NCBI GenBank assembly: GCA_964641415.1
Contig: CAZXMW010000001.1
Span: 227,816 to 291,815, forward strand
DNA: 64,000 nucleotides
Reading direction: 5' to 3'
Origin: an uncultured Thermoanaerobaculia bacterium
GTDB lineage: Bacteria; Acidobacteriota; Thermoanaerobaculia; Thermoanaerobaculales; Sulfomarinibacteraceae
Made by a program: the position numbers and the translations under genes. Below are positions 29,518 through 39,254 of the stretch, piece after piece (position 1 is the stretch's first letter; each line of letters begins with the position of its first letter). The notes beneath the pieces were generated by a model. It saw only the letters and a list, made by a program, of their open reading frames with translations, did no database searches and was not told the origin of the DNA.

Positions 29518-29716
29518 GGTCACCCCTTGCGAGATTATCGACCGGGAACGCGGCGCTCACAACCCGTCACGCCCCGCGTCCGCCTACGACCATGCTGGGG
29601 TGGAGTCGTGGCGATCCCAACGACGTCCATTGAACGAACGCGTCAACCCCGGGGGGTCAAAGGCCCCACCCGGACCTCGTCGGGCGTGGACGGCGAGAGT
29701 TCGTCCGGCAGCGGCG

Positions 29717-30844
29717 TCACGGAGGTCGCAGGTCGAAGCGATCGCGCAGGAAATCCCAGGTCCGGTGGCACAGCCAGTTGCCGCCGAGCGGGGTGATCGC
29801 CGCGAAGGCCATTCGGTGGCGGTGGTGCATCTCGTAGGTTGTCGGCCGGCCCATGGCCTGCCACAGGGCGGTCCGCGCCGACTCCGGGATGCATTCGTCC
29901 TTGGTGGCCTCGAAGATGAGCACCGATTCGGGGTCGACGCGGTCGGGGAAGGACGCCGCATCGACCGGCTCGAAGAGCTCGGCGAGCCGTCTCTCGAGCT
30001 CGTCGGCGTCCCACCCGAAGCTGCGCTCCGCGTTGCGCCGGACCTTCGAAGTTCGCTTGCCGTCGCAGCGGGCGATGATCTGGTGCGGGTGGGCGCCACC
30101 CATCATCAGCACGGTGGCCGCCAGGCGGGGCTCCTGGGTCGCGACGATTCCGGCGACGATGGCGCCCCGGCTGAAACCCACCAATGCGACCCGAGAACCG
30201 TCGATCTCGGGGCGCTGCTCCGCCCAGTCGATGATCCGCCGGATGTCGACCACGACGTTCTGCTCGCGCCTGATACCCCGGCTGAAAATGTCGAGAAAGT
30301 GGTCGGGACGATCGGTTTCGATCAAAGCCGGCCAGTCGATGAGAAAGCGTCGACCCTCGACATCGAGCACGTGGACCGCACCGCGACTCCGCTTCTGCAG
30401 AAAGGTTGCCATGCGCCGCGACGGGTAGGTGAACCGGGCATAGATCGGCAGCACGATGACCAGTGGTCTGGGTTCTTCCAGCTCGCTGCGGTAGTAGCGA
30501 GCGCGGACGAGCCTGCCGTCTTGGCCGTTGTCGCCGACCGATGGAATGGTCAGCTCGCGGTAGGTATACTCGGACGTCCTGCCGCGGCCGACGAGGTGAT
30601 TGTCGAACGGAACCTCGGCGGATGTGTAGCGATAGACCGGGTCGGCGGTCGACCCGGGTTGCGCGAGCCTGAATCGGTCGGCGCTGGCGTTCGCGGGCCG
30701 GAGCGTATGGCTCGTGCATCCCACGGCCGCGGCGAGCGCGAGACCGAGGACCGTGATCGCGGTGCGTTGCGTCCAGCGGTTTCCCGCGGCTCGCCTCGCA
30801 TCGTTCGACAACAGCCGGTTGCATATCGCGGTTCGACCTGTCAT
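29717..30844 (-). CDS. Alpha/beta-hydrolase lipoprotein
   Basis: ATG 30844. Lipobox LAAAVGCTS and nucleophile elbow VGFSRGA. The track ORF extends to 31219 through a Pro/Arg-rich non-coding-like stretch. Confidence 0.65.
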   Translation of the reverse strand: MTGRTAICNRLLSNDARRAAGNRWTQRTAITVLGLALAAAVGCTSHTLRPANASADRFRLAQPGSTADPVYRYTSAEVPFDNHLVGRGRTSEYTYRELTIPSVGDNGQDGRLVRARYYRSELEEPRPLVIVLPIYARFTYPSRRMATFLQKRSRGAVHVLDVEGRRFLIDWPALIETDRPDHFLDIFSRGIRREQNVVVDIRRIIDWAEQRPEIDGSRVALVGFSRGAIVAGIVATQEPRLAATVLMMGGAHPHQIIARCDGKRTSKVRRNAERSFGWDADELERRLAELFEPVDAASFPDRVDPESVLIFEATKDECIPESARTALWQAMGRPTTYEMHHRHRMAFAAITPLGGNWLCHRTWDFLRDRFDLRPP

Positions 30845-31008
30845 CGGTGCCGTATTCCTCCGCCGCTCCGACTTCACCGAGAGGACACCACGAGCGTGTA
30901 AACCCGGTTTGAACCGACGAGCCATGGTTCCGGGATCACGCCGACCGCCGATGGTTTTGTTTCCAGATCTGAGGTATGTTTCCGGAATCTCGAGTTGGAG
31001 GATGAAGC

Positions 31009-31317
31009 ATGAGACTCGCACTGCTGTTGATCGTGATCGTCGGCGTCGTTGCCTTCGGGTGTTCCGCCGAAAAAGCCGAGGACGCGGCCGACCGGGCGGC
31101 AGAGACGGTCGAGCACGCCGCCGAGCACGTCGGCGAAGCGGCCGAGGACGCGGCCGAGAAGGCGGGTGAGATGGCCGAGGAGGCGGGCGACGCAGCCGAG
31201 GACGCGGCCGAGGAGGCAAACGAGGCGGTCGAGCACGTCGGCGACGACGTGGAGCAATCAGCCGACAAGATGGAGAAGGCTGCGGAGAAGGCCAAGAAGA
31301 AGGTCAAAGGCAACTGA
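31009..31317 (+). CDS. Small acidic Ala/Glu-rich repeat lipoprotein
   Basis: GGAGGA RBS. Signal + lipobox GVVAFGCSA. The mature part is built from AEDAA(D/E)-type repeats. The 17-mer GCCGAGGACGCGGCCGA recurs at 31075, 31141 and 31195. Confidence 0.55.
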   Translation: MRLALLLIVIVGVVAFGCSAEKAEDAADRAAETVEHAAEHVGEAAEDAAEKAGEMAEEAGDAAEDAAEEANEAVEHVGDDVEQSADKMEKAAEKAKKKVKGN

Positions 31318-31365
31318 CGCGCTCCCGGTGCCCGTAGAATTCCGTTGATCCGGAGGGACCGGGAG

Positions 31366-32061
31366 ATGCCGCTCGGCAAACGAGAAATCCGCCGGCTATC
31401 GAATCAGATTCGTATCCAGAAGATGCTGGTGCCGCCGGTCTTCCGCAAGCCGCTGAAAACGGTGCTCGACGATGTCGGCCTGGTTTTCGTCCACATTCCG
31501 AAGACGGCGGGAACGTCGGTCCAGACCGGCCTCAGCTCGTTGCCGCGGGACCACCAGCGACGCTATCTGAGGTTGCACAAGCATGCCCGCGCCTTCGAGT
31601 ACCGGCTGGTGCTCGGCGAGTGGCGATGGCGCGAGTACTTCTCTTTCGCGGTTGTCCGTAACCCCTTCGACCTCATGGTTTCGAGCTACTTCTGGTGGAT
31701 CGAGAAGGCCCACAAGTTCAAAAGCCTGAAGCGGCCGCGACAAAGGGTGCTGGCCATGGCCGACTTCAGGGAGTTCGTCCGGTCGGACCTCGGCCGCGGC
31801 TCGATCAACGAGTACCGGGGAGACATTTTCGACTGGATCGCCCTCGACGACGAGGTCATCGTCGACTACGTCGCCCGGGTCGAGACCCTGACCGAGGACT
31901 GGCGCACAATCTGCGATCGGATCGGCGTCCGGGGCGCCGATCTGCCGCGCGAGAACCGAACCTCGCGGGGCGACTACCGCCAGTACTACGACGACGCCAC
32001 GGCCGAGTTGGTCGCCGAGCGGTTCCGGCGCACGATCGAACGTTTCGGCTATCGATTCTGA
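31366..32061 (+). CDS. Sulfotransferase family protein (Sulfotransfer_2-like)
   Basis: VFVHIPKTAGTSV PAPS-binding-type motif plus RNPFDLMVSSYFW. ATG 31366 is preferred to TTG 31345. Confidence 0.6.
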   Translation: MPLGKREIRRLSNQIRIQKMLVPPVFRKPLKTVLDDVGLVFVHIPKTAGTSVQTGLSSLPRDHQRRYLRLHKHARAFEYRLVLGEWRWREYFSFAVVRNPFDLMVSSYFWWIEKAHKFKSLKRPRQRVLAMADFREFVRSDLGRGSINEYRGDIFDWIALDDEVIVDYVARVETLTEDWRTICDRIGVRGADLPRENRTSRGDYRQYYDDATAELVAERFRRTIERFGYRF

Positions 32062-32140
32062 CGCCCCGGCCGACCGCCGAGAAGCGCGCGGGGTGCATTC
32101 GATCTCACCTGTTGCTACCCTGTTCGTGCAAGGGGGTCCG

Positions 32141-33274
32141 ATGGACGCGATGCGCGAGTGGATCGAGGGCTGGCTTCCGTATGCTGGGCGGGAGCTGTTC
32201 GGAAATCACGCGGCGACCTGGCTGCTCGCGGTTCTCGTTGTCGGGACGACCTATGTCATCGCTCGGCTGGTCAAGACCGTCGTGTTGGGGCGATTGAAGA
32301 AGGTCGCTTCGAAGACCGCAACGCCTTGGGACGACATCGCGATCAGCGCCATCGGACGAACCCGGACCTGGTTCTTCCTCACGATCGCGATTTGGCTCGG
32401 CAGCCGTGTGCTCGAGCTGTCGGGCCCGGCCGCGAGGACGGTCACCGTGATCGCCGTTGTCGCGGTCATTCTCCAGATTGCCGCGTGGGCCAATGAAGCG
32501 GTGAGCCTGTGGCTCGAGCGCACCCGTCGGGAGCGAGCGGAGTCGGATCCCGGCTCGGTGACCACCCTGACGGGTCTGTCGTACGTGATTCGCCTGGTCA
32601 TCTGGTCGGCTGGGCTCCTGCTCGTTCTGGAGAACATCGGCGTTGACGTGACCGCTCTGATGGCCGGTCTCGGTGTCGGTGGCATCGCCGTCGCCCTGGC
32701 GGTGCAGAACGTGCTCGGAGACCTCTTCGCGTCGCTTTCGATCTCCCTCGACAAGCCCTTCGTGATCGGTGATTTCGTCATCGTCGGCGAGTTCATGGGC
32801 GTGGTCGAGCACGTCGGCTTGAAGACTACCCGGATTCGCAGCCTGTCGGGTGAGCAACTGGTGTTCTCCAACTCCGATCTGTTGTCGAGCCGGATCCGTA
32901 ACTACAAGCGGATGGAGGAGCGGCGGGTACCGTTCATCGTCGGTGTCACCTACCAGACGCCGGCGGACGAGCTCGAGGCGATTCCGGGCATGGTCCGCGA
33001 GATCATCGAGCACAACGACGGGGCCCGCTTCGACCGGGCACACTTCAAGGCCTTCGGCGACTCGGCCTACCTCTTCGAGTTCGTCTACTACGTGCTGTCG
33101 GCCGAGTACGCCGTGTTCATGGATATCCAGCAGGCGATCAACCTCGAGATCGTCCGGCGTTTCGCCGATCGCGGCATCGAGATCGCCTACCCGACCCGGA
33201 CGCTGCACATGGCAACGCCGGTTGCGACCGAGGTCGTGCCGGTGCGCAGAGCCCCGGTCGACCGGGGGGAGTGA
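32141..33274 (+). CDS. Small-conductance mechanosensitive channel (MscS family)
   Basis: AAGGGGG RBS. TM helices, then GIAVALAVQNVLGDLFASLSISLDKPFVIGDFV...GVVEHVGLKTTRIRS, the MscS beta-domain signature. Confidence 0.85.
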   Translation: MDAMREWIEGWLPYAGRELFGNHAATWLLAVLVVGTTYVIARLVKTVVLGRLKKVASKTATPWDDIAISAIGRTRTWFFLTIAIWLGSRVLELSGPAARTVTVIAVVAVILQIAAWANEAVSLWLERTRRERAESDPGSVTTLTGLSYVIRLVIWSAGLLLVLENIGVDVTALMAGLGVGGIAVALAVQNVLGDLFASLSISLDKPFVIGDFVIVGEFMGVVEHVGLKTTRIRSLSGEQLVFSNSDLLSSRIRNYKRMEERRVPFIVGVTYQTPADELEAIPGMVREIIEHNDGARFDRAHFKAFGDSAYLFEFVYYVLSAEYAVFMDIQQAINLEIVRRFADRGIEIAYPTRTLHMATPVATEVVPVRRAPVDRGE

Positions 33275-34992
33275 ACGCCGCGGCCTGGATTGGGCTGTTG
33301 GCGGGTCCGATTCCGGTGGCAGTCGCGCTGCTCGTGCTGCTGGGGCGCCGGCCGCCGCGGTGCGTCGATCGGGTGGCGGCCGTCTTGCTCGCGCTGCTAC
33401 CGTTGGCGCTGCTCTTCTGGCTCAATCCGGCGTTCCGCATCTACTCGCGGCACGGGTTGTTCCACGCCTCGATCCTGGTCCGCATCGTCGAGCTCGGCGT
33501 GCCACCGTCCAGCCCGTTGGTCGCGGGCGAGCCCCTGTTCTACCACTGGGCCTACGAGCTGGTCGCAGCCGCGGTCAGCGTCGCGACGTCGTTGCCGCCG
33601 TCGTGGAGCTTCGCGATCGTCAACCTCGTGTCTCTGACGCTGGTGATCGTGGTGCTCGCGCGGGTGTCGGACCGTCTCTTCGAACGACGCGAGCGGTCGC
33701 TGTTGGCGCCGCTGGTGGCGATCTTCGCCATCACCCCGGTCCCGATGTGGTGGCTCAAGAGCACGGCGCCGATGTCCGGTCTCGCAGGCCCGCTCATGAC
33801 GCGGGCGACGCCGGTCTTCCAGAAGTTCGCCAACACCAATGGGGTGCCTCTCGGCCTGGTCTGCATCGCGCTGTCGCTGGTCGCTCTGCGCTCTCCGGCG
33901 GGCGCTGTGTCGCGTTGGGCCGGGCTCGCCGCAACGATCGCTGCGTGCGGTCTGCTCTACCCGCCGTTGCTGCCGGCGCAGCTGGTCACCGTGGCGGTCT
34001 TTTCCGTGGTCGAAGCGCTGATCGACCGCTCTCGAGCACCGAAGGTCATTGGTCTCGACGCTGTCGCGTCGGTGGCCGGGCTCGGTTTCGCGGCGGCGGC
34101 GATGGCGCTGCTCGGAATGCGGCCGGTCGCCAAGGGCGGTCTGTTCGACGCCGCCTTTGTCGGCGCCGATCTGGTCTCGGTGCTGCTGACGGCTGCACCG
34201 TCTGCCGTTCTCATCGCCGTGGTGTGGCGCCGCTTGAGCGGTTGTGCCGACCGCCGGCTGATCATCCAGTTGCTGGCCGCAGCAGCCGCTCATGCCGGGT
34301 GCTTCCTCGTCGTGGCGCTGGCCGAACGCAACGAGTACAAGTTCCTGATCGTCAGTCAGGTGCTCCTCGGCCTGGTCGGAGGCGCGGCTCTGGCTGTGCT
34401 GCGCCGGCGTTCGGGCACCCTCGTTGCCGGTGCTCTGGCAGTGCTGTTTCTCGGCTCCTTCGTCCAGATCTACGACAACTGCTTTCGGCTCCACCGCGAG
34501 ACGCCGATCGTGTTGGACGAGGACGGCCGACAGCTGCGGCACCCGAGCCGCGAGCAGGCCGAGCTCTACTCGTGGATCTCGCAGCACACCCCTGCGGACG
34601 CCGTCTTCATCGACAGCGAGCATCTGGTGACGGTGCTCGGACCTCGGGCCCTGCTGATTCCCTACCGGACGGCTGCGGGGGTCCGGTTCGCGGAGCCCGA
34701 GCGCGGTTTCATGCACCGCCTGGACACCGCTCCGATGCGACTGTTCGGCATCTCCGGGGATCTCGCAACGCCGCGACGGAGGCTGGTCCAGGGCGTGATC
34801 GACGGCGCCCCGGGGGATCGGAACCACTGGCTCGCGCTGGCCGGGCGCATCGGCATCGACCCGCTGTTCGTGGTATGCCGGACGCCGGCCCAGCACCGGA
34901 GGCTCGACGCGCTCGGGGCGCAATCGATGTATGTCCGCGGGGAGGTGACGGTGATGCGATGGACCACAACAAGGGGAGAAAACGCCTTGTGA
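33271..34992 (+). CDS. Large polytopic membrane protein (GT-C-like glycosyltransferase/polymerase?)
   Basis: GTG 33271 forms a GTGA overlap with the MscS stop. More than 10 predicted TM helices, then a soluble C-terminal region. No family motif recognised with confidence. Confidence 0.45.
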   Translation: MNAAAWIGLLAGPIPVAVALLVLLGRRPPRCVDRVAAVLLALLPLALLFWLNPAFRIYSRHGLFHASILVRIVELGVPPSSPLVAGEPLFYHWAYELVAAAVSVATSLPPSWSFAIVNLVSLTLVIVVLARVSDRLFERRERSLLAPLVAIFAITPVPMWWLKSTAPMSGLAGPLMTRATPVFQKFANTNGVPLGLVCIALSLVALRSPAGAVSRWAGLAATIAACGLLYPPLLPAQLVTVAVFSVVEALIDRSRAPKVIGLDAVASVAGLGFAAAAMALLGMRPVAKGGLFDAAFVGADLVSVLLTAAPSAVLIAVVWRRLSGCADRRLIIQLLAAAAAHAGCFLVVALAERNEYKFLIVSQVLLGLVGGAALAVLRRRSGTLVAGALAVLFLGSFVQIYDNCFRLHRETPIVLDEDGRQLRHPSREQAELYSWISQHTPADAVFIDSEHLVTVLGPRALLIPYRTAAGVRFAEPERGFMHRLDTAPMRLFGISGDLATPRRRLVQGVIDGAPGDRNHWLALAGRIGIDPLFVVCRTPAQHRRLDALGAQSMYVRGEVTVMRWTTTRGENAL

Positions 34993-35903
34993 CCGCCGAT
35001 CGCGAAACCGCCTACTTCTGGTCGAAGGTCGATCGAAACCGTTTCTCCGGCTCGGTCTACTGGCTGGCCAATCCGATTGTCTATCGGCGCTACCAGGTCA
35101 AAGCGGCGGGCGGGCGACGGGTCGGGCACTGGCTCGAGCACGTCGTCGAGCGGTACCTCGGCGGCGCCGGTGCCGACAACCACGTCCTGACCGTGGGCTG
35201 CGGCGACGGCACCTTCGACCGTCGATTTGCCGAGATCGGCGGTTTCGCCAGCCTCGACGGGGTTGACGTCGCGCCGGACGCGATCGAGGGGGCGAGACTG
35301 GCGGCGGCCGAGCGGGGCCTCGACCGGCTTCGGTACAGGGTGCTCGACATCGAGAACGACGATCCGCCGAGGCCGCCCTACGACGCCATCCTCTTCAGCT
35401 CGGCGCTGCACCACGTGGGCGAACTCGAGGAAGTGCTCGGAAAATGCTCGCGGGCGCTGAAGCCCGGCGGTCATCTGGTCGTCAACGAGTACGTCGGACC
35501 GGAGCGCTTTGCGCTGCCACCGCGCGAGGCCGCCGCGGTCCAGGCGATATTCCTGGAGATCCCGGAGCGCTACCGGCGCTCGCTGTGGTGGGAGAATGCC
35601 GGAGAGCTGCTCACCGAGGCCCCGCTGCCGGATCCCGATGAGGTGGCGCGCGAGGACCCGAGCGAGGCGATCCGGTCGTCGGAGATCCCCGGCCAGGTCG
35701 CCCGCGTTTTCGACGTCCTCGAAAATAACTCCGTCGGCGGCACGATCCTGCAGTTCGCTCTCCACACCATCGCGGGCCACTTCACGGAGCGCGACCCGAC
35801 GTCGGTCGAGGTGCTCGAGACGCTTTTCCGACGCGAGGACGAACTGATTGCCGCCGGCGAAATCTCGAGCCACTTTCGGCTGATGATCGGGCGTCGGCGG
35901 TGA
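34959..35903 (+). CDS. Class I SAM-dependent methyltransferase
   Basis: VLTVGCGDGTF motif I, AILFSSALHH, LKPGGHLVVNEY. The start overlaps the upstream gene by 34 nt. Confidence 0.75.
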   Translation: MDHNKGRKRLVTADRETAYFWSKVDRNRFSGSVYWLANPIVYRRYQVKAAGGRRVGHWLEHVVERYLGGAGADNHVLTVGCGDGTFDRRFAEIGGFASLDGVDVAPDAIEGARLAAAERGLDRLRYRVLDIENDDPPRPPYDAILFSSALHHVGELEEVLGKCSRALKPGGHLVVNEYVGPERFALPPREAAAVQAIFLEIPERYRRSLWWENAGELLTEAPLPDPDEVAREDPSEAIRSSEIPGQVARVFDVLENNSVGGTILQFALHTIAGHFTERDPTSVEVLETLFRREDELIAAGEISSHFRLMIGRRR

Positions 35904-35922
35904 CGTCGAGCGCTGAATCGGG

Positions 35923-36426
35923 TCAGTCGCCGAGCGATCTCAGGACGGCGACGTAGTCGGGTTCCTCGCCGATCTCCGGGACCAGCTGGGAGTGGACAAC
36001 CCGATTGTCCTCGTCGGTGACGACAACGGCGCGGGCGGTCAGGCCCTCGAGCGGCCCCTCGGCGAGCCCGATGCCCCAGTCGCGGCCGAAGTCGGGCGAC
36101 CGGAAGGTCGACAGCGCCTCCAGATTGTCAATGCCCTCGGTGGTGCAGAAGCGCTGCTGCGCGAAGGGCAGATCGCCGGAGATCACGAGCACCACCGCGT
36201 TGTCGAGCCCGGCCGCGGCCTCGTTGAAGCGGCGGGCCTGGGCGGCGCACACCGGGGTGTCGAGACTGGGCACGATGTTGATGATCTTGCGCTTGCCCGC
36301 ATAGTCGTCGAGGGTGGCCTCGGAGAGGTCGCCTCGGACGAGGCGGAAGCCCGGGACGGTGCTGCCGGATTCGGGGAGTTCGCCCCGGGTCGGGAACGGG
36401 TTGCCCTTGAGGGTGACGGTGGCCAT
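35923..36426 (-). CDS. tpx: Thiol peroxidase (atypical 2-Cys peroxiredoxin)
   Basis: 167 aa. VTLKGNP, IVPSLDTPVCAAQARRFN (peroxidatic Cys), ISGDLPFAQQRFC. Confidence 0.9.
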   Translation of the reverse strand: MATVTLKGNPFPTRGELPESGSTVPGFRLVRGDLSEATLDDYAGKRKIINIVPSLDTPVCAAQARRFNEAAAGLDNAVVLVISGDLPFAQQRFCTTEGIDNLEALSTFRSPDFGRDWGIGLAEGPLEGLTARAVVVTDEDNRVVHSQLVPEIGEEPDYVAVLRSLGD

Positions 36427-36565
36427 TGATCAACTCCTTTTCCTGCTCGATTCACTTCGTGACAACCAGCTTCCGGCGGCGAGGAATTCCTCCGTCCGAG
36501 ACCTCGGATCTTCGGTATCCTCGTGGCAGGTCTCGCCGATTGGACCGACTCCTGGGAGGTGCACC

Positions 36566-38278
36566 ATGTCCAACACCGAGCTCGCCCGCGACGCGTTACA
36601 GGAATGGCGAAGCGTCCGAGACCGTAACGCCTGGGAAGACGACCCCTTCTTCCGGAACTTGGTGGTGCGGTTGCGCGGCGACCAACTCGAGCACGGTCTC
36701 GAGGGCGACCTCAGGACCCTCGCCAACCGGCTCGACGCCGGCTTCGACGACCGGGTGGCGCGCTGCAACCGCGACGAGCATCTGCCGCGAGTTGAGCGTC
36801 ACGACGCCGACGGGCGGCCGGCCGAACGTGTCGTCTTCCACCCCGACCACCATGAGGTGGGCCGCGTGTTCTGGGCGAGCGGCGCCCTCGCCGCGCTCGG
36901 CGAGCCGGGGCACGAGGTCGACGCCGGAGCGCGGATCTACCTCCTCGACCAGCACGGCGAGGCCGGTCACGCGTGTCCCGTGGCCTGCACCGCCGGCGCG
37001 ATTCGACTGCTCCGCGGCGTCGGCACCGACGACCAGCGCCGGCGGTACCTGCCCGGTTTGCTCGACACCGACTACGACCGGCGGCTGCACGCGGCCCAGT
37101 TTGTCACCGAGGTTCAGGGTGGCTCCGACGTCGGACTCAATGAGGTCCGTGCGGTCCCCGACGACTCCGCTCCGGGCGGCTGGCGCCTGTACGGCGAGAA
37201 GTGGTTCTGCTCGGTCGCCGATGCCGGGCTCTTCGTGGTCAGCGCGCGGCCCGAGGGCGCACCCGATGGCACCCGCGGCCTCGCCCTGTTCCTGGTGCCG
37301 CGCGAGCTCGACGGCCGGCCGAACGGCTTCGCCCTGCGTCGGCTCAAGGTCAAGCTCGGCACCCGGTCCATGCCGACCGGGGAGATCGAGTTCGACGGCG
37401 CCGCCGCCGAGCCCATCGGCGTCGTCGGTGACGGCTTCCGCAACCTGGTTGGGATCGTTCTCGACACCTCGAGGTTCCACAACGCCGTGGCGGCGTGTGG
37501 CCTCATGCGGCGGGCTTTCACCGAAGCGCGCGCCTTCGCCCGGCGCCGAGTCGCGTTTCGCAACCCGATCATCGACTTCCCGTCGGTCCAGATCATCCTC
37601 GCCCGGATGAAGGTCCGGACGCGGGCTGCTCTGGCGACGACCTTCCGACTGCTCGACCAGACCGACCGCGTCGACACCGGGATCGGTGGCGACGATCTGC
37701 GGGCTGCGCGTCGGATCGGGGTCATGGTCAACAAGTACTGGACCGCGATCCAGTCGACCCGGGCGGCTCGCGACGGCATCGAGATCCTCGGCGGCAACGG
37801 CACCATCGAGGACTTCTCGATCATGCCGCGGCTCTACCGCGACGCCATCGTCATCGAAAGTTGGGAGGGCACCCACAACACCCTGTGCGCCCAGGTGCTG
37901 CGCGACTTCAAGGTGCGCCGTCTCGATCGACCGTGGCTCGAGCAGCTCGCCTCCGAGGTCGAGGCTCTGAAGATCGATGGACGCCAGGATCTGTCATCGA
38001 CCGCCGACGAGCTTTTGGACGATGCTCGGCAGCGCATCGAGAGACTGGTCGAGGCGGACGACGTCACGGCCGCGGCCTGGATCCGGGATCTGGTCGATCG
38101 CATGGCGGTGCTCACCGACTGGGTGGCCCTCGCGACCCAGGCGGTGTGGGAGAGCGAGCACGACCCCACGAGTGACACCGACGACGCCCTCGAGCTGTAT
38201 CGACGGCTCGAGATCGACCGGACGGACCACATGGGCGATCCAACAACATTCGACCTCGAGGCTCGGCTCGCGAGGTAG
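36566..38278 (+). CDS. AidB-like acyl-CoA dehydrogenase family protein
   Basis: GGGAGG RBS and ATG 36566. CPVACTAGA, TEVQGGSDVG, GEKWFCS, LKVKLGTRSMPTGEIEFDG, and ILGGNGTIEDFSIMPRLYRDA resemble AidB/ACAD blocks. Confidence 0.8.
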   Translation: MSNTELARDALQEWRSVRDRNAWEDDPFFRNLVVRLRGDQLEHGLEGDLRTLANRLDAGFDDRVARCNRDEHLPRVERHDADGRPAERVVFHPDHHEVGRVFWASGALAALGEPGHEVDAGARIYLLDQHGEAGHACPVACTAGAIRLLRGVGTDDQRRRYLPGLLDTDYDRRLHAAQFVTEVQGGSDVGLNEVRAVPDDSAPGGWRLYGEKWFCSVADAGLFVVSARPEGAPDGTRGLALFLVPRELDGRPNGFALRRLKVKLGTRSMPTGEIEFDGAAAEPIGVVGDGFRNLVGIVLDTSRFHNAVAACGLMRRAFTEARAFARRRVAFRNPIIDFPSVQIILARMKVRTRAALATTFRLLDQTDRVDTGIGGDDLRAARRIGVMVNKYWTAIQSTRAARDGIEILGGNGTIEDFSIMPRLYRDAIVIESWEGTHNTLCAQVLRDFKVRRLDRPWLEQLASEVEALKIDGRQDLSSTADELLDDARQRIERLVEADDVTAAAWIRDLVDRMAVLTDWVALATQAVWESEHDPTSDTDDALELYRRLEIDRTDHMGDPTTFDLEARLAR

Positions 38279-38318
38279 GCCGGTCCGCCCTGAAGCCTGC
38301 CGCGGATCTGCGGCTGTG

Positions 38319-39254
38319 CTACCAGCCGAGCCAGCGGCAGACGCGGGTCCACACCTTCTTGATGTCGTCCGCGGCTTCTCCGCCGACATCGACTACCGCA
38401 CGTGCCTGAAGTTGGGCCTGGGTGACCGCACGGTCATACCGGACGCGGCCGACCAGCGCGGCGCCGCGGTCGCGGGCCCGCACCTCGATGGCGTCGGCGC
38501 CTTCCGGGTTGAGGTCCCACCGGTTGACGCAGACCGCGGTGCGAGCGTCGAAGTGATCGGCAAGCTCGAGCACCCGCTCCATGTCGTGGACCCCGGACAC
38601 CGTCGGCTCGGTGACCACCAGGACCCCGGAGGAGCCGGTGATCGAAGCGATGACCGGGCAGCCGATACCGGGCGGTCCGTCGATCAGGATTCCTCGGCTG
38701 TCGGACGCGGCGGCGACGCTTCGCGCCTGCTGGCGCACGGTGGACACGAGCTTGCCGGAGTTCTCGGCAGCGATATCGAGGCGGGCGTGCACCATGGCGC
38801 CGCGGCGGGTCGAGGACACGTACCACTCGCCGCACCGCCGGTCGATGAAATCGATGGCGCCGATCGGGCACAGACCGACGCACAACCCGCAGCCTTCGCA
38901 GGCCAGCGGGTCGATCTCGGCGGTGAAGCCGTCGAAGGTAACGGCGTCGTATCGGCAGACCGCGGCGCACAGTGAGCATCCGTCGCAGGCGTCGGCTCGA
39001 ACCACCGCCTCGTGACCGCTGCGAAACTCGTGCCTCTCGAGAATCTCGGGCTCGAGGACGAGGTGAAGGTCGGCTGCGTCGACGTCGCAGTCGGCAACCA
39101 CGAGCCCTGCGTCGAGGACCGCGAAGGATGCCACGAGGCTGGTCTTTCCGGTGCCACCCTTGCCGCTGATGACCACCAGCTCCGGCAGGTCCGGCGGCTG
39201 CGTTCGCGGCCCGACGGTGGGAAGCGAAACCAAAGAGCTGTCAGGCAGAGACAC
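38319..39254 (-). CDS. MinD-superfamily P-loop ATPase with inserted 2x[4Fe-4S] ferredoxin domain (COG1149-type), copy B
   Basis: VVISGKGGTGKTS Walker A, CDGCSLCAAVCRYDA and CEGCGLCVGLCPIGA, DGPPGIGCPV. The start is uncertain and overlaps the upstream gene by 14 nt. Confidence 0.8.
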   Translation of the reverse strand: MSLPDSSLVSLPTVGPRTQPPDLPELVVISGKGGTGKTSLVASFAVLDAGLVVADCDVDAADLHLVLEPEILERHEFRSGHEAVVRADACDGCSLCAAVCRYDAVTFDGFTAEIDPLACEGCGLCVGLCPIGAIDFIDRRCGEWYVSSTRRGAMVHARLDIAAENSGKLVSTVRQQARSVAAASDSRGILIDGPPGIGCPVIASITGSSGVLVVTEPTVSGVHDMERVLELADHFDARTAVCVNRWDLNPEGADAIEVRARDRGAALVGRVRYDRAVTQAQLQARAVVDVGGEAADDIKKVWTRVCRWLGW

